From: an uncultured Chloroflexia bacterium
Lineage (GTDB): Bacteria > Chloroflexota > Limnocylindria > Limnocylindrales > CSP1-4
DNA length: 64,000 bases
Direction of reading: 5' to 3'
Assembly (NCBI GenBank): GCA_963734535.1
Contig: CAVTHS010000011.1
Location: forward strand, 1-64,000
Numbering within the stretch: position 1 is the first letter of the stretch; the number at the start of each line of letters is the position of its first letter. The notes under the pieces were generated by a model. It did no database searches. It saw nothing but the letters and a program-made list of their open reading frames with translations, and had not been told where the DNA came from. Positions 21,571-31,752 of this stretch are shown in pieces. The position numbers were made by a program, and so were the translations under genes.

Positions 21571-22176
21571 TCACTCCTCGCTGAAGCGCTCCTCCTTCCA
21601 GGGGTCGGCGTCGTTGTTGTAGCCGTAGCGCTCCCAGAAGCCGCGGATGTCGTGGTCCAGGAACTCCAGCGCGCGGACCCATTTCGCGCTCTTCCAGAAG
21701 TAGCGCTTGGGGACGACGAGGCGGAGCGGATAGCCGTGCTCGGGCTCGAGCGGCTGCCCCTCGTACCGGTCCGCCAGCAGAACGTCCGCATCCGCGAGAA
21801 CCTCGAGCGGCAGGTTGGTGGTATAGCCCTGCTCGCAGTGGACCAGCACGTGGGTTGCCCCGGGCAGGACCTGGGCCATCTCGAGGATCGCCTGGATCGG
21901 CACGCCCTGCCAGGTCGTGTCCAGCTTGGACCAGCGCGTCACGCAGTGGATGTCGGCCGTTACCGCCGCTCGCGGAAGCGCCAGGAACTGGTCCCAGGTG
22001 AACGTGAGCGGCGCCCCCACGAGCCCGTGGACGCGGAGGTCCCAGGCCGCCAGGTCGACCTTCGGGACGCTGCCGTAGTGGAGGACCGGGAACTTCTCGG
22101 TGAGGTACTGCCCCGGCGGGACGCGTGAAGCCGTGGCCGGATCCTGGCCCCGGGCGCCGAAGAGTCGCTCGAACAT
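21571..22176 (-). CDS. sulfite oxidase-like molybdopterin oxidoreductase (YuiH-like)
   Basis: [45 protein letters not shown]. Confidence 0.93.
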   Translation of the reverse strand: MFERLFGARGQDPATASRVPPGQYLTEKFPVLHYGSVPKVDLAAWDLRVHGLVGAPLTFTWDQFLALPRAAVTADIHCVTRWSKLDTTWQGVPIQAILEMAQVLPGATHVLVHCEQGYTTNLPLEVLADADVLLADRYEGQPLEPEHGYPLRLVVPKRYFWKSAKWVRALEFLDHDIRGFWERYGYNNDADPWKEERFSEE

Positions 22177-22285
22177 GTTGTTCTCCGTGAGGGTGGCGGC
22201 ATTCTCGCCGATCGGGGTGGGTGCGGTCCATCGCCGCCCCTGCCCGAATCGTCCACGCGTGCCGCCAAGCCGTTACGCTTCGTCC

Positions 22286-23086
22286 ATGGAGGAGCAGGAC
22301 CGCCAGCCGCAGGACGCCGCCGCCCGCGAGGCGATGGCGGGCCACCGCATCGTGATCGTGATGCCCGCCTACAACGCGGCCCGGACCCTGGAGCGCACCT
22401 ACGCCGACATCCCCCACGACCTCGTCGAGCGGATCATCCTCGTTGACGACGTGAGTCGCGACGAGACGGTCGACATCGCCAGGCAGCTCGGCCTGGACGT
22501 GATCGTCCACCGTCAGAACCGCGGCTACGGCGGCAACCAGAAGACGTGCTACGACGCGGCCCTGGAGTTGGGTGCCGAGGTCGTGATCATGCTGCACCCC
22601 GACTACCAGTACGACGCGACCCGGATCCCGGCGCTCGTGGAGCCGATCCTGCGCGGGGACGCGGACCTCATGCTGGGCAGCCGCTTCCTCGGGGATCCAC
22701 GAGCCGGCGGGATGCCGACCTGGAAGTTCATCTCCAACCGCTTCCTGACGGCCCTCGAGAACTTCGCCTTCGGGCTGCGGCTCTCGGAGTACCACACCGG
22801 CTTCCGGGCCTACTCACGGCGACTGCTCGAGACGATCCCGTATCACCGCAACTCCGACGACTTCGTGTTCGACCAGGAGCTGGTCTCGCAGGTCGTCGCG
22901 GCGGGGGGATTCCGGATCGGCGAGATCGCCGTCCCGACGCGCTACTTCGAGGAGGCGAGCTCCGTCGGCTTCAGGCGGAGCGTGGTCTACGGGCTCTCGA
23001 CGCTGCGGGTCGTGGCCCGGTTCGTGCTCCACCGGGTCCGCGTCCGACCCTCGCCCAAGCTGACGCCGCGCGCGCCGCGCGACTGA
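22286..23086 (+). CDS. glycosyltransferase family 2 (polyprenol-phosphate glycosyltransferase-like)
   Basis: VMPAYNA, ILVDDVSRD, NRGYGGNQK, HPDYQY, GSRF, EYHTGFRAY. Confidence 0.92.
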   Translation: MEEQDRQPQDAAAREAMAGHRIVIVMPAYNAARTLERTYADIPHDLVERIILVDDVSRDETVDIARQLGLDVIVHRQNRGYGGNQKTCYDAALELGAEVVIMLHPDYQYDATRIPALVEPILRGDADLMLGSRFLGDPRAGGMPTWKFISNRFLTALENFAFGLRLSEYHTGFRAYSRRLLETIPYHRNSDDFVFDQELVSQVVAAGGFRIGEIAVPTRYFEEASSVGFRRSVVYGLSTLRVVARFVLHRVRVRPSPKLTPRAPRD

Positions 23087-23117
23087 ACCGGCCCGGCGGA
23101 CGAGGCTGCGCGGGCGG

Positions 23118-24092
23118 ATGCGCCGATCGCTGGTTCGCGGCGGGATCGGGATCGCCATCTCGATCCTCGCGCTCGCGCTCGTGGTTCGACAGATCGACGT
23201 CGGCGCGGTCGGGCGGGTGCTCGGGGACGCGACCCCGGCGTGGGTGCTCGCCGTCGCGCTGTTCATCGGGATCGACGTGGCGTGCCGGACGATCCGATGG
23301 CAGGGCCTCCTGGCCCCCATCCAGCCCGTCCGGTTCGTGCCGGTGCTCGGCTATCTGCTGGTCGGTTACCTCGCCAACAACGTCCTGCCGGCCCGCCTGG
23401 GCGAGCTCGTGCGCAGCCACTACCTGGGTGACCGCGAAGGGATGAGCCGCGCCACGACCCTGGGCACGATCGTCGTCGAGCGCGTCGTCGACACGGTGGT
23501 CCTCGTGGCGATCGCGTCGGCGGCGATCCTCCTGCTCCACGTCCGCGGGATCGTGGCGAGCGCCGTGCTCGTGGGTGTGGGCCTCACGGGGCTGCTCGTC
23601 GTGGCGCTCGCCATCGCCCTGGTCGCGCACCGGCTCCCGTACGCGGACCGTGGCCTGGCGGCCGTGGAGCGCTGGCCGTCCGTGATCCGCCTCGCCGGCC
23701 GGCTCCGCGGCGGGCTGGCCGTGGCCGGGCGGCCGCGGACCGTCGCAGTCGCCGTCGGCTGGAGCGTCGTCGCCTGGAGCGCCACCGTCGTCGCGTTCGC
23801 GGCGGCCGGGCAGGCCGTCGGCGTCGAGCTGACCTGGGGGCAGGCTGCCCTCCTGGCCGCCGGCGTCTCCCTGGCGACGGCGATCCCGGCAGGACCCGGC
23901 TACCTCGGGACGTTCGAGCTGGCCGCGGTCCAGGTCGCGGCCGTCTTCGGCGTCGGAGCGGACCCGGCAGTCGCGCTGGCCGTGCTGGTCCACGTCGTCA
24001 TCCTGGTCCTGACCTCGGCCGGCGGCGCAGTCGCGCTCCTGCGGCTTGGCTGGCGTCGGGCACCGGCAGGCGCGGCGCCCACGATCCGGTAG
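23118..24092 (+). CDS. lysylphosphatidylglycerol synthase TM-domain / flippase-like membrane protein
   Basis: RW, GYLANNVLPARLGELVR, VVERVVD, PAGPGYLGTFE. Confidence 0.88.
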   Translation: MRRSLVRGGIGIAISILALALVVRQIDVGAVGRVLGDATPAWVLAVALFIGIDVACRTIRWQGLLAPIQPVRFVPVLGYLLVGYLANNVLPARLGELVRSHYLGDREGMSRATTLGTIVVERVVDTVVLVAIASAAILLLHVRGIVASAVLVGVGLTGLLVVALAIALVAHRLPYADRGLAAVERWPSVIRLAGRLRGGLAVAGRPRTVAVAVGWSVVAWSATVVAFAAAGQAVGVELTWGQAALLAAGVSLATAIPAGPGYLGTFELAAVQVAAVFGVGADPAVALAVLVHVVILVLTSAGGAVALLRLGWRRAPAGAAPTIR

Positions 24093-24207
24093 GCCCGGGC
24101 CACTGGCCGGCGCGGCCCACGGTTCGACGGGACCTGGCGTCCGATCCCGGAATCGACGAGCCCGCCGTTTCCGGCGGGCTCGGACGATGGACTGGCAGGG
24201 CCGGACG

Positions 24208-25116
24208 CTACTTGACCAGGCCAGCCGTCTGGAGCCAGGCCTTCGCCACGGCGCTGATGTCCTTCTTGTCGACCGTGATCTGCTTGCCCAGGTCGGTCAA
24301 CGTCGACGTGTCCATCTTCGCCGAGACGTCGTTGAGGATCTTCTCGAAGGCGGTCTTGTCCACCTTGGCGAGGAGATCGTTGCGGACCAGCGGGGCGATG
24401 TTGTCCGCCGGCTGCGTCTGCTTGTCGTCCGTGAGCACGACGAAGCCGTTGACGGCGATGTCGGGCTGGGTCGAGCAGAGCTCTGCCACGTCGATCGTCT
24501 TGTTTGCCAGGGCCTGCGCCATCGGCGTGTCGCACGCGGCGAGCGGGGTGATGTTCTTGGGGTCGAGACCATAGGCTGACTTGAGGGCGGCCGCGCAGAC
24601 GGCGTTCGTCTTGCAGTCGGTCGCGAGGCCCCACTTGAGCTGGTCCTGCACCGCGGTGGTGTCGCTCAGCTTCGCCAGGTTGAACTGGGTCGCGGTGTCC
24701 TTGCGGACCACGAACGCGTTCTGATCGGCGGCCGGGGAGTAGGTCAGGACCGTGATCCCGCCCCCCTTCGTCGCCAGGACCGCCTGGAGGGCCGTCGCGT
24801 TGGCGGCGGGGTCGCCCGTCTGCTTGCCCGGCTCGTAGAATGCCAGGCCGCTCCCGATGTACTCGGGCTTGAGATCGATCTGGCCGCTCTCGAGCGCCGG
24901 GGCGGAGACCTTGCGGGCACCGATCCCGATGCCGGTTCGATCGACCGTGTAGCCGCCGGCCTCGAGGGCCTGCGCATAGATCTCGGCCATGAGCTTGGCT
25001 TCGTAGAAGCCGTCCGATCCGACCTTCACGGTCGGCTTGCTGCCCCCACCCGTCGAGCAGGCGCTGAGAAGCACCAGTGCCGACGCCCCGAGGGCGAGCA
25101 CGCGGGTGAACCGCAT
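24208..25116 (-). CDS. osmoprotectant (glycine betaine/choline) ABC substrate-binding lipoprotein
   Basis: Lipobox LSAC, E..LMAEIYAQAL, PEYIG, VVLTDDK, NIAPLVR. Confidence 0.9.
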   Translation of the reverse strand: MRFTRVLALGASALVLLSACSTGGGSKPTVKVGSDGFYEAKLMAEIYAQALEAGGYTVDRTGIGIGARKVSAPALESGQIDLKPEYIGSGLAFYEPGKQTGDPAANATALQAVLATKGGGITVLTYSPAADQNAFVVRKDTATQFNLAKLSDTTAVQDQLKWGLATDCKTNAVCAAALKSAYGLDPKNITPLAACDTPMAQALANKTIDVAELCSTQPDIAVNGFVVLTDDKQTQPADNIAPLVRNDLLAKVDKTAFEKILNDVSAKMDTSTLTDLGKQITVDKKDISAVAKAWLQTAGLVK

Positions 25117-25231
25117 GGGTCGCCTCCTTGCTGTTTCCCGTGTCTGGCCTGGGTCAGGCCGCATCGGGTCGGCAGACTATATCGGCTCCGGCCCGAACGC
25201 TCCGATTCGGTCTTCGGGGGCCCGCCCGGCC

Positions 25232-25969
25232 CTACGCCCCGCGCACGGGTGGCGGCGGAGTCAGCTCCGGCGCAGGTCGGATCCCGGGCCCGCGCAGTCC
25301 CGGCGACCTGGCGAGGCGTTCGAGGAGCCCTACCGCGACCTCGGTGGCAATCGCGAGCCCCGCCACGAGGACCACGCCGCCGAAGACCTGGCCGTCGTCG
25401 TTCTGGGCGATCCCGTCGACGAGGAAGCGTCCAAGGCCGCCGCTGCCGAAGATCGCCCCGAGCGTCGCCGTCGCCACGATCTGGACCGCCGCGGATCGAA
25501 CGCCGCCGAGCACGACGGGGAGCGCCACCGGCAGCTCGATCCCCGCGAGGATCTGGCGCTCGCGCATGCCCATCCCGCGGCCGGCCTCGACGAGATCCCG
25601 GTCCACCTCGGCGATCCCGGTATACGCGTTCACGAGGATCGGCGGGATCGCGAGCACGACCATGGCCACCAGCGTCGGCAGGACCGTCCCGCCGAGCACC
25701 GGGTCCACGAGCACGGTCACCGGGATCGCGATCGCGATGACCGCGAGCGACGGCAGGGAGCGCCCGAGGTTCGCCACGCCCGCCGCCACGGCGGCTCCCC
25801 GGCCCGTGTGGCCGATCGCCAGGCCCGCCGGCAGCGCGAGCAGCAGCGCGATCGCGAGCGAGATGCTCGCGATCAGCACGTGCTCCAGGAGCCGGTTCGG
25901 GATCCCGCTCTGGCCTGCCCACTGGGCGGGATTCGTGAGCCACGCCGCGGTCTCCGTCACGAGGTTCAT
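25232..25969 (-). CDS. osmoprotectant ABC permease
   Basis: RSLPSLA, EAGRGMGM..R, ELPVALP, GGLG. Confidence 0.9.
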   Translation of the reverse strand: MNLVTETAAWLTNPAQWAGQSGIPNRLLEHVLIASISLAIALLLALPAGLAIGHTGRGAAVAAGVANLGRSLPSLAVIAIAIPVTVLVDPVLGGTVLPTLVAMVVLAIPPILVNAYTGIAEVDRDLVEAGRGMGMRERQILAGIELPVALPVVLGGVRSAAVQIVATATLGAIFGSGGLGRFLVDGIAQNDDGQVFGGVVLVAGLAIATEVAVGLLERLARSPGLRGPGIRPAPELTPPPPVRGA

Positions 25970-26628
25970 GCGGCTGCCTCGGTCGCTCGCGCCCGGGCCC
26001 ACGGGGTGACGCGCCGCTGCGCCCGAACGAACAGCAGGTCCGCGAGCAGCGCGAGGATGATCGAGGGGACCGCCCCGGCATACATCTCGGTCAGGAAGTT
26101 GCCCCGGTGGTAGCCGTCGAGGATGAAGTAGCCCAGGCCGCCGTATGCGTCGCTGATCGTTCCCGTGATCGTGACGAGACCGATGGTCGAGACGGTCGCG
26201 AGCCGAAGCCCCGCGACGATCAGCGGGAGCGCCAGCGGCAGCTCCACGCGCCACAGCCGCTGGCGGCGGGAATGGCCCATGCCGTCCGCGGCCTCGAGCA
26301 CCTCGATCGGGACGGCGTCGAGACCCGCCACGATGTTCCGGACCAGGATCACGAGGGTGTACAGGACGAGCGGCACCTCGGCCGTCACGACGGAGAACCC
26401 GGTGATCGAGATGAGGGCGGCGAAGAGCGCAAGGCTCGGGATCGTGAAGAGGATTCCGGCCAGCGCGCTGATCGGCGGGTAGAGGATGCGATACCGGGCC
26501 GCGACGAGGGCCAGGACGAACGAGATCGCGAACCCGATTCCGACCCCCAGCGCGGCCAGGTAGACGTGCTGCCAGGTCCGGTAGGCGATCGCGTCGAGGT
26601 GGCCGGCCAGCCAGGCCCAGTCGATCAT
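25966..26628 (-). CDS. osmoprotectant ABC permease
   Basis: TIPSLALF, EAADGMG, VELPLALP. Confidence 0.9.
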   Translation of the reverse strand: MIDWAWLAGHLDAIAYRTWQHVYLAALGVGIGFAISFVLALVAARYRILYPPISALAGILFTIPSLALFAALISITGFSVVTAEVPLVLYTLVILVRNIVAGLDAVPIEVLEAADGMGHSRRQRLWRVELPLALPLIVAGLRLATVSTIGLVTITGTISDAYGGLGYFILDGYHRGNFLTEMYAGAVPSIILALLADLLFVRAQRRVTPWARARATEAAA

Positions 26629-26646
26629 CCCGAGGTTGCCAGCCGC

Positions 26647-27901
26647 TCACGCGTCGGCGCCCGATGGGGAGGGCGCGGACGTCCGGCCGTCGGACGTGCC
26701 GCCCGCGGACGTCCCGCCACGCGGACGAGGCGGAGGCGATGACCTCCGGATCGGCGCTCGGGCGGAGCGCGGCCGCGATCGCCTCCACGGTGAGCACGCC
26801 GCGGAGACGGCCCGTCCGGTCCACGACGATCCCGGTCTGGACATCCGCGTCCAGCATCATCGACAGCGCGTCCTTCAGCGTGGTCCGGCGATCGAGCAGC
26901 GGCGACATCGGCGTCGCGAGCGATGGCGCCAGCGAGCCCGTGGCCGGGATGTGCCCCTGGCTGACCCAGCCGATCGGGCGGTCCGACGCGTCGAGCAGCA
27001 GGAGGTACGGGAACGGGTCCGCGAGCGTCCGGGTCCGCGCGTCGCCCGCCGGGTCGCCGACCCGGGCGGTCACCACCGGCTGGAGCGCGAGCTCGCCCAC
27101 CCGCGTCAGGGAGAGGCGCTTGAGGCCGCGATCGGCGCCGACGAAGTCGGCCACGAATGCCGACGCTGGGGCCGCGAGGATCTCGGCCGGGGGTGCGAAC
27201 TGCTCCAGGTGTCCGCCGACCTGCATGACCGCGACGAGGTCGCCCATCTTGATCGCCTCGTCGATGTCGTGCGTGACGAACAGGATCGTCTTTGCCAGCT
27301 CGGCCTGCAGGCGCAGGAACTCGTTCTGGAGCCGCTCGCGGACGATCGGGTCAACGGCGCCGAACGGCTCGTCCATCAGCATCAGGGGCGGGTCGGCGGC
27401 GAGCGCGCGGGCCACCCCCACGCGCTGCCGCTCGCCGCCCGAGAGCTGGGCCGGGTAGCGGTCGCGGTAGAGCGCAGGGTCCAGCCCGACGAGGGCCAGC
27501 AGCTCCTCGGCGCGCTCGCGCTGGCGAGCCGCCGGCCAGCCGAGCAGGCGCGGCACGACGGCGACATTGGCCCCGATCGTCTGGTGCGGGAAGAGGCCGA
27601 CCTGCTGGATCACGTAGCCGATCTCGCGCCGGAGCTCCGTGGCGTCACGGCCGGCGACGTCTGCGCCGTCGATCAGGATGCGACCGCTCGTGGGCTCGAT
27701 GAGCCGGTTGACCATCTTGAGGCTGGTGGTCTTGCCGCAGCCCGACGGCCCCACCAGCACGCAGATCTTGCCGGCCGGGACCGTCAGCGAAAGGTCGTTG
27801 ACGGCGCCGGGCCCGGCGCGTGCATCCCTGGCCGCCGCGTAGCTCTTGGAGACGTGCTGGTACTCGACGATCGCGGCCCCTCGGGCGGCCTGGTCCGGCA
27901 T
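26647..27901 (-). CDS. osmoprotectant ABC ATP-binding protein with CBS domains (3' end uncertain, likely frameshift)
   Basis: GPSGCGKTT, LSGGERQRVGVARALA, LMDEPF, FVTHD; no in-frame stop, plausible stop at 26647 in another frame. Confidence 0.88.
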
Positions 27902-27910
27902 CCGCGGGCG

Positions 27911-28867
27911 TCAGGCGCGGCCGGCGTCGACGAGCGGCTTCACCTCGCCGATCAACCGTTCCAGCGTCTCGACGTCGTAGGGGGCGGGGACCTCGACCAC
28001 GACCGTCGAGAAGCCGGCGTCGACGTATTCGCGCAGCCGCGCCGCGATCGCCGCGGGCGGGCCGAGGAGCGGGCGCGACGGCTCGAGCGAGTCCTCGAGC
28101 GGGGTCCGGTTGTGCTCCATCCAGGCAGCCCAGGCGTCGCGTGCGGCCGCCTCGGTGGCGCGGATCGAGATCCACAGGTTGGCGGTCCGCTCCACCTCGC
28201 GCTCGTCCCGACCGACACTGGCGCAGTGTGCCCGGAGCACCCCGTCGAGCTCGCGGACCTCGTCGGGCGTCCCGAAGCCGTTCCACATGTCGGCGTACCT
28301 GGCGATGGTCCGGAGCGTCTTCGTGCGGCCGTTCCCGCCGATCAGGATCGGGAGGTGCTCCTGCACCGGGAGCGGCGCGTGGCGGAGCTCGCGGAACGCG
28401 TAGTGGCCGCCCTCCGGGGACGTCACCGTCCCGCCGTCGAGGAGGGTCCGGATCGCCGCGACCAATTCGTCGAGCCAGTCGAGCCGCTGCCCGGGGCCGG
28501 TTCCGAACGGGATCCCATGCGCCGTGTGCTCGGGCTCCATCCAGGCGCCCCCGATCCCGAGGATGGCGCGGCCCCCGGAGACGTGATCGAGCGTCGCAAC
28601 CTGCTTCGCCACGAGCCCCGGGTTGCGGAACGTGTTCGCGCCCACCATCAGGCCCAGCCGGACGCGCTCGGTCGCCATCGCCCACGCCGGGAGCATGCCC
28701 GGACCCTCGAAGATGGGCTGGTACGGGTCGCCGAAGATCGCGTAGAGATGGTCCCACGTCCAGAGCGAGTCGTAGCCGAGCGCGTCGACGCGGCGCGCGG
28801 CCGCGAGGACTTCCGGCCAGGTGGCGGCCTGGCTCCACAGGTTGATCCCGAGGCGAAGGTTCGTCAT
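27911..28867 (-). CDS. LLM-class flavin/F420-dependent oxidoreductase
   Basis: WTWDHL, T.RVRLG, NTFRNP, LDHVSGGRAILGIGGAW, ILIGG.G. Confidence 0.9.
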   Translation of the reverse strand: MTNLRLGINLWSQAATWPEVLAAARRVDALGYDSLWTWDHLYAIFGDPYQPIFEGPGMLPAWAMATERVRLGLMVGANTFRNPGLVAKQVATLDHVSGGRAILGIGGAWMEPEHTAHGIPFGTGPGQRLDWLDELVAAIRTLLDGGTVTSPEGGHYAFRELRHAPLPVQEHLPILIGGNGRTKTLRTIARYADMWNGFGTPDEVRELDGVLRAHCASVGRDEREVERTANLWISIRATEAAARDAWAAWMEHNRTPLEDSLEPSRPLLGPPAAIAARLREYVDAGFSTVVVEVPAPYDVETLERLIGEVKPLVDAGRA

Positions 28868-28925
28868 TTGCGTGACTCCAGTCTGGTGCCAGGGAACCGG
28901 CCGGCGCCGCAGGAACGGGGCCCCG

Positions 28926-29210
28926 TCATGCGTTGACCAGCTCGCGGCCGATTGCCCGGAGGATGAAACGGGCCGCCTCGGCGGACTTGCCGCCCAGCCG
29001 CTCTCCGGCCTCCGTGTCCGCCTCCAGCGCGGCCGCGAGGTCGCGCAGCATTGCGTCGAGCGCGGGCGTGCGCTTCAGGACACCGGCCGCGAAGGCGGCC
29101 TCCAGGCCTTCCGCCGCGGCGCGCGCATTCTCCACGGCGTGACCCGTGGCCGCGGCCTGGTCGGCGAACGCGTGCCGCGCCGCCTCCGCGGCAGCTCCGG
29201 TGCTCCCCAT
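28926..29210 (-). CDS. small Ala-rich hypothetical protein
   Basis: Co-oriented ORF between LLM and GNAT genes; ATG after GAGG. Confidence 0.55.
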   Translation of the reverse strand: MGSTGAAAEAARHAFADQAAATGHAVENARAAAEGLEAAFAAGVLKRTPALDAMLRDLAAALEADTEAGERLGGKSAEAARFILRAIGRELVNA

Positions 29211-29244
29211 CCTCATCGCTCTCCCGGGTGGCGGCGCCTGTCGC

Positions 29245-29847
29245 TCAGTTGACCGGCTCCTCGGCGGGCACGAGGCCCAGCGCACGTTCGCGCGCCGCCC
29301 GCCACTCCTCCTCGAGGATGCTCATCTGGATCTCGTCCCAGAAGCGGCCGCCGCGCCAGATCGCCTCGCGCGATCGGCCCTCCACCGTGAAGCCCACGCG
29401 TCGATAGGCGCGGATGGCGCGCTCGTTGTACTCGAAGACCGCTAGCGCGACGCGGTGCAGGCCCAGCACTCCGAAGGCGTGCTCGAGCATGAGCGCCGTC
29501 GCCTCGGAGCCGTAGCCGCGGCCCCAGCAGTCGGGCTCGCCGATCGTGATGTGGAACAGCGCCGACCCGTTGTCCCCGTCGAGCTGGCTGAAGGCGCACG
29601 TGCCGATCAGCCGGTCCGACCCCGCGACGTGGATGGCGAGCGCAAGCGAGCCGACCCCGGCGACGCGCGCCTCGAAGAACCGCTCCACCTCGTCCGCCCG
29701 CATCGGGCCTTCCTGGTAGCGGGTCAGCCGGGCGACCTCCGGGTCCCCGTACCAGCGCTTGAACGCCGGCAGGTTGCGGGCGGTGTGGGGCCGCAGCACG
29801 ACCGTTTGACCGGGGATCGCGGCGGGAAACCAGCTCCGGGCTCGCAT
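29245..29847 (-). CDS. GNAT N-acetyltransferase (RimJ/RimL family)
   Basis: WGRGYGSEA, LGLHRV.L.V..YNERAIRAYRRVGF..EG..RE. Confidence 0.92.
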   Translation of the reverse strand: MRARSWFPAAIPGQTVVLRPHTARNLPAFKRWYGDPEVARLTRYQEGPMRADEVERFFEARVAGVGSLALAIHVAGSDRLIGTCAFSQLDGDNGSALFHITIGEPDCWGRGYGSEATALMLEHAFGVLGLHRVALAVFEYNERAIRAYRRVGFTVEGRSREAIWRGGRFWDEIQMSILEEEWRAARERALGLVPAEEPVN

Positions 29848-29873
29848 GCCTGCGAGCGTATACCATCCCGCCC

Positions 29874-31694
29874 ATGCGCCGGTGGAGCCAGGTTGCCGGG
29901 CGGATCGCCGCGACGACACGGACGTCCGAGAAGACCCGCCTCCTCGCCGAGTACCTGCGCGACCTGGAGCCCGACGCGCTCCGTGACGCGGTCATCTTCT
30001 TCACCGGTCGCGCGTTCGCCGAGGCAGACGCGCGCGTCGCCGGCCTGGGGTGGGCGACCATCGCCGACGCCGTCGCGCGGGTCGCTGGAGTTGATCGCGC
30101 GGCCCTCGCCGCCGCGTACGATCGGCACTCCGATCTCGGCCTCGCCGTCGGCGACGTCCTGGCCGCTCTGGATCCGGCGGGAGCTCCCGGCCATGTCCTT
30201 GCCGAGCCGGAACCCGCGGGTACCGCTGGCCCGGGCCTCCGTGGCGGTTCCGAGCCGGGTGCGGCCGCTGCGTCGCCGACCCCCCCGGAGGTGTCTCCGG
30301 CCGCGTCGCCGACCATCCCCGAGGTCGCGGCCGCGTTCGCGGCGATCGTCTCCGCGGGGGGTCCCGCCGCCAAGTCGGCCGCCTTCGAGTCGCTGCTCCG
30401 GCGCTGCGACGCGCTGAGCGCCACGTACGTGGTCAAGATCCTGACCGGCGAGCTGCGGATCGGCCTCCGCGACGGGCTGCTCCAGGCCGCGATCGCGCAG
30501 GCGTTCGGGCGCTCCCTCGAGGCGGTCTCGAATGCCGCCATGCTGACGGGCGACATCGGCGAGACGGCCGTTCTCGCCCGCGAGGATCGGCTGGGGACGA
30601 CTCGCCTGCGCCTCTTTCGGCCGCTCCGCTTCATGCTGGCGTCGCCCGCCGAGGATGCCGCCGAGATCATGACCCGCCTTGGGCCCGTCGTCTGGACCGA
30701 GGACAAGTACGACGGGATCCGCGTCCAGCTCCACCGGCGAGGCGCGGAGGCACGCCTCTTCAGCCGCGACCTCAACGACGTGAGCGGGCAGTTCCCCGAG
30801 GTCGTGGAGGCCGCGACGCGCCTCGACTGGGACGGCGTCCTCGACGGCGAGCTCCTGGCGTACCGGGACGGCGTCGTCCTCCCGTTCCTTGCGCTCCAGC
30901 GCCGGCTCGGTCGCAAGGAGCCGTCCGCGGGGCTGCGGGATGAGGTTCCCGTGGCGTACGTCGCGTTCGACGTGCTCGCGCTGGGTCCGCGTGACGGCGA
31001 CGCGGAGCCACTCCTGGGACGGCCACTGGCGGAGCGCCGGGCGCGCCTGGAAGCGCTGCGCCTCGCCGACGCCGAGCCCGGCCGCTTCGTGCTCTCGCGG
31101 CTCGTCCAGGTCGCCTCTGCCGACGAGCTCGAGACGGTCTTCGCGGCTGCCCGCGAACGCCGGAACGAGGGCCTCATGGTCAAGGACCCGACGAGCGTCT
31201 ACGCGCCGGGCCGGCGTGGCTTCGGCTGGCTGAAGATGAAGAAGGCGCTCGCCACGCTCGATTGCGTCGTGGTCGGCGTCGAGGGCGGCCACGGCAAGCG
31301 GCATGGCGTCCTCTCCGACTACACGTTCGCCGTGCGCGACGACGCGACGGGCGCGCTGGTCACGATCGGGAAGGCCTACAGCGGCCTGACCGACGCCGAG
31401 ATCGCGGAGCGCACCCGCTGGTTCGACGAGCACACGCTGACCCGGCACGGGCGATACCGGACCGTCGAGCCGACGGTGGTCGTGGAGGTCGCCTTCGACG
31501 TGATCATGCGAAGCGCCCGCCACCGGTCGGGCTTTGCGCTCCGGTTCCCCCGCATCGCGCGCCTGCGCACGGACAAGTCGGCTGCCGAGTGCGACACGCT
31601 GGCCACCGTCGAGTCGCTCTGGCGCGAGCTCCAGCACGGCGCCGAGCACCTGGTCACGCTCGGGGCGCAGCCGGGACTCCGCGGCGAGCGATGA
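29874..31694 (+). CDS. ATP-dependent DNA ligase (LigB/archaeal type)
   Basis: EDKYDGIR adenylation motif, LDGE, FDVL, EGLMVK, WLKMK, LRFPRI..R.DK. Confidence 0.95.
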   Translation: MRRWSQVAGRIAATTRTSEKTRLLAEYLRDLEPDALRDAVIFFTGRAFAEADARVAGLGWATIADAVARVAGVDRAALAAAYDRHSDLGLAVGDVLAALDPAGAPGHVLAEPEPAGTAGPGLRGGSEPGAAAASPTPPEVSPAASPTIPEVAAAFAAIVSAGGPAAKSAAFESLLRRCDALSATYVVKILTGELRIGLRDGLLQAAIAQAFGRSLEAVSNAAMLTGDIGETAVLAREDRLGTTRLRLFRPLRFMLASPAEDAAEIMTRLGPVVWTEDKYDGIRVQLHRRGAEARLFSRDLNDVSGQFPEVVEAATRLDWDGVLDGELLAYRDGVVLPFLALQRRLGRKEPSAGLRDEVPVAYVAFDVLALGPRDGDAEPLLGRPLAERRARLEALRLADAEPGRFVLSRLVQVASADELETVFAAARERRNEGLMVKDPTSVYAPGRRGFGWLKMKKALATLDCVVVGVEGGHGKRHGVLSDYTFAVRDDATGALVTIGKAYSGLTDAEIAERTRWFDEHTLTRHGRYRTVEPTVVVEVAFDVIMRSARHRSGFALRFPRIARLRTDKSAAECDTLATVESLWRELQHGAEHLVTLGAQPGLRGER

Positions 31695-31697
31695 GCC
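31682..31697 (+). repeat. 16-bp direct repeat, left copy (CGGCGAGCGATGAGCC)
   Basis: Identical to 33114-33129; spans the ligase stop codon. Confidence 0.75.
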
Positions 31698-31752
31698 CCT
31701 GTTCCAGGCTCGACGAGAGTTCGGGCGAGCGCCCGAGGGCGGGGAGCGAGCC

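Noticed and set aside
25232-27901. 889-aa ATPase-permease fusion ORF
   Set aside because: The middle third reads an alternative frame across a separate intact permease (25966-26628); best explained by a lost stop or frameshift at the ATPase 3' end.
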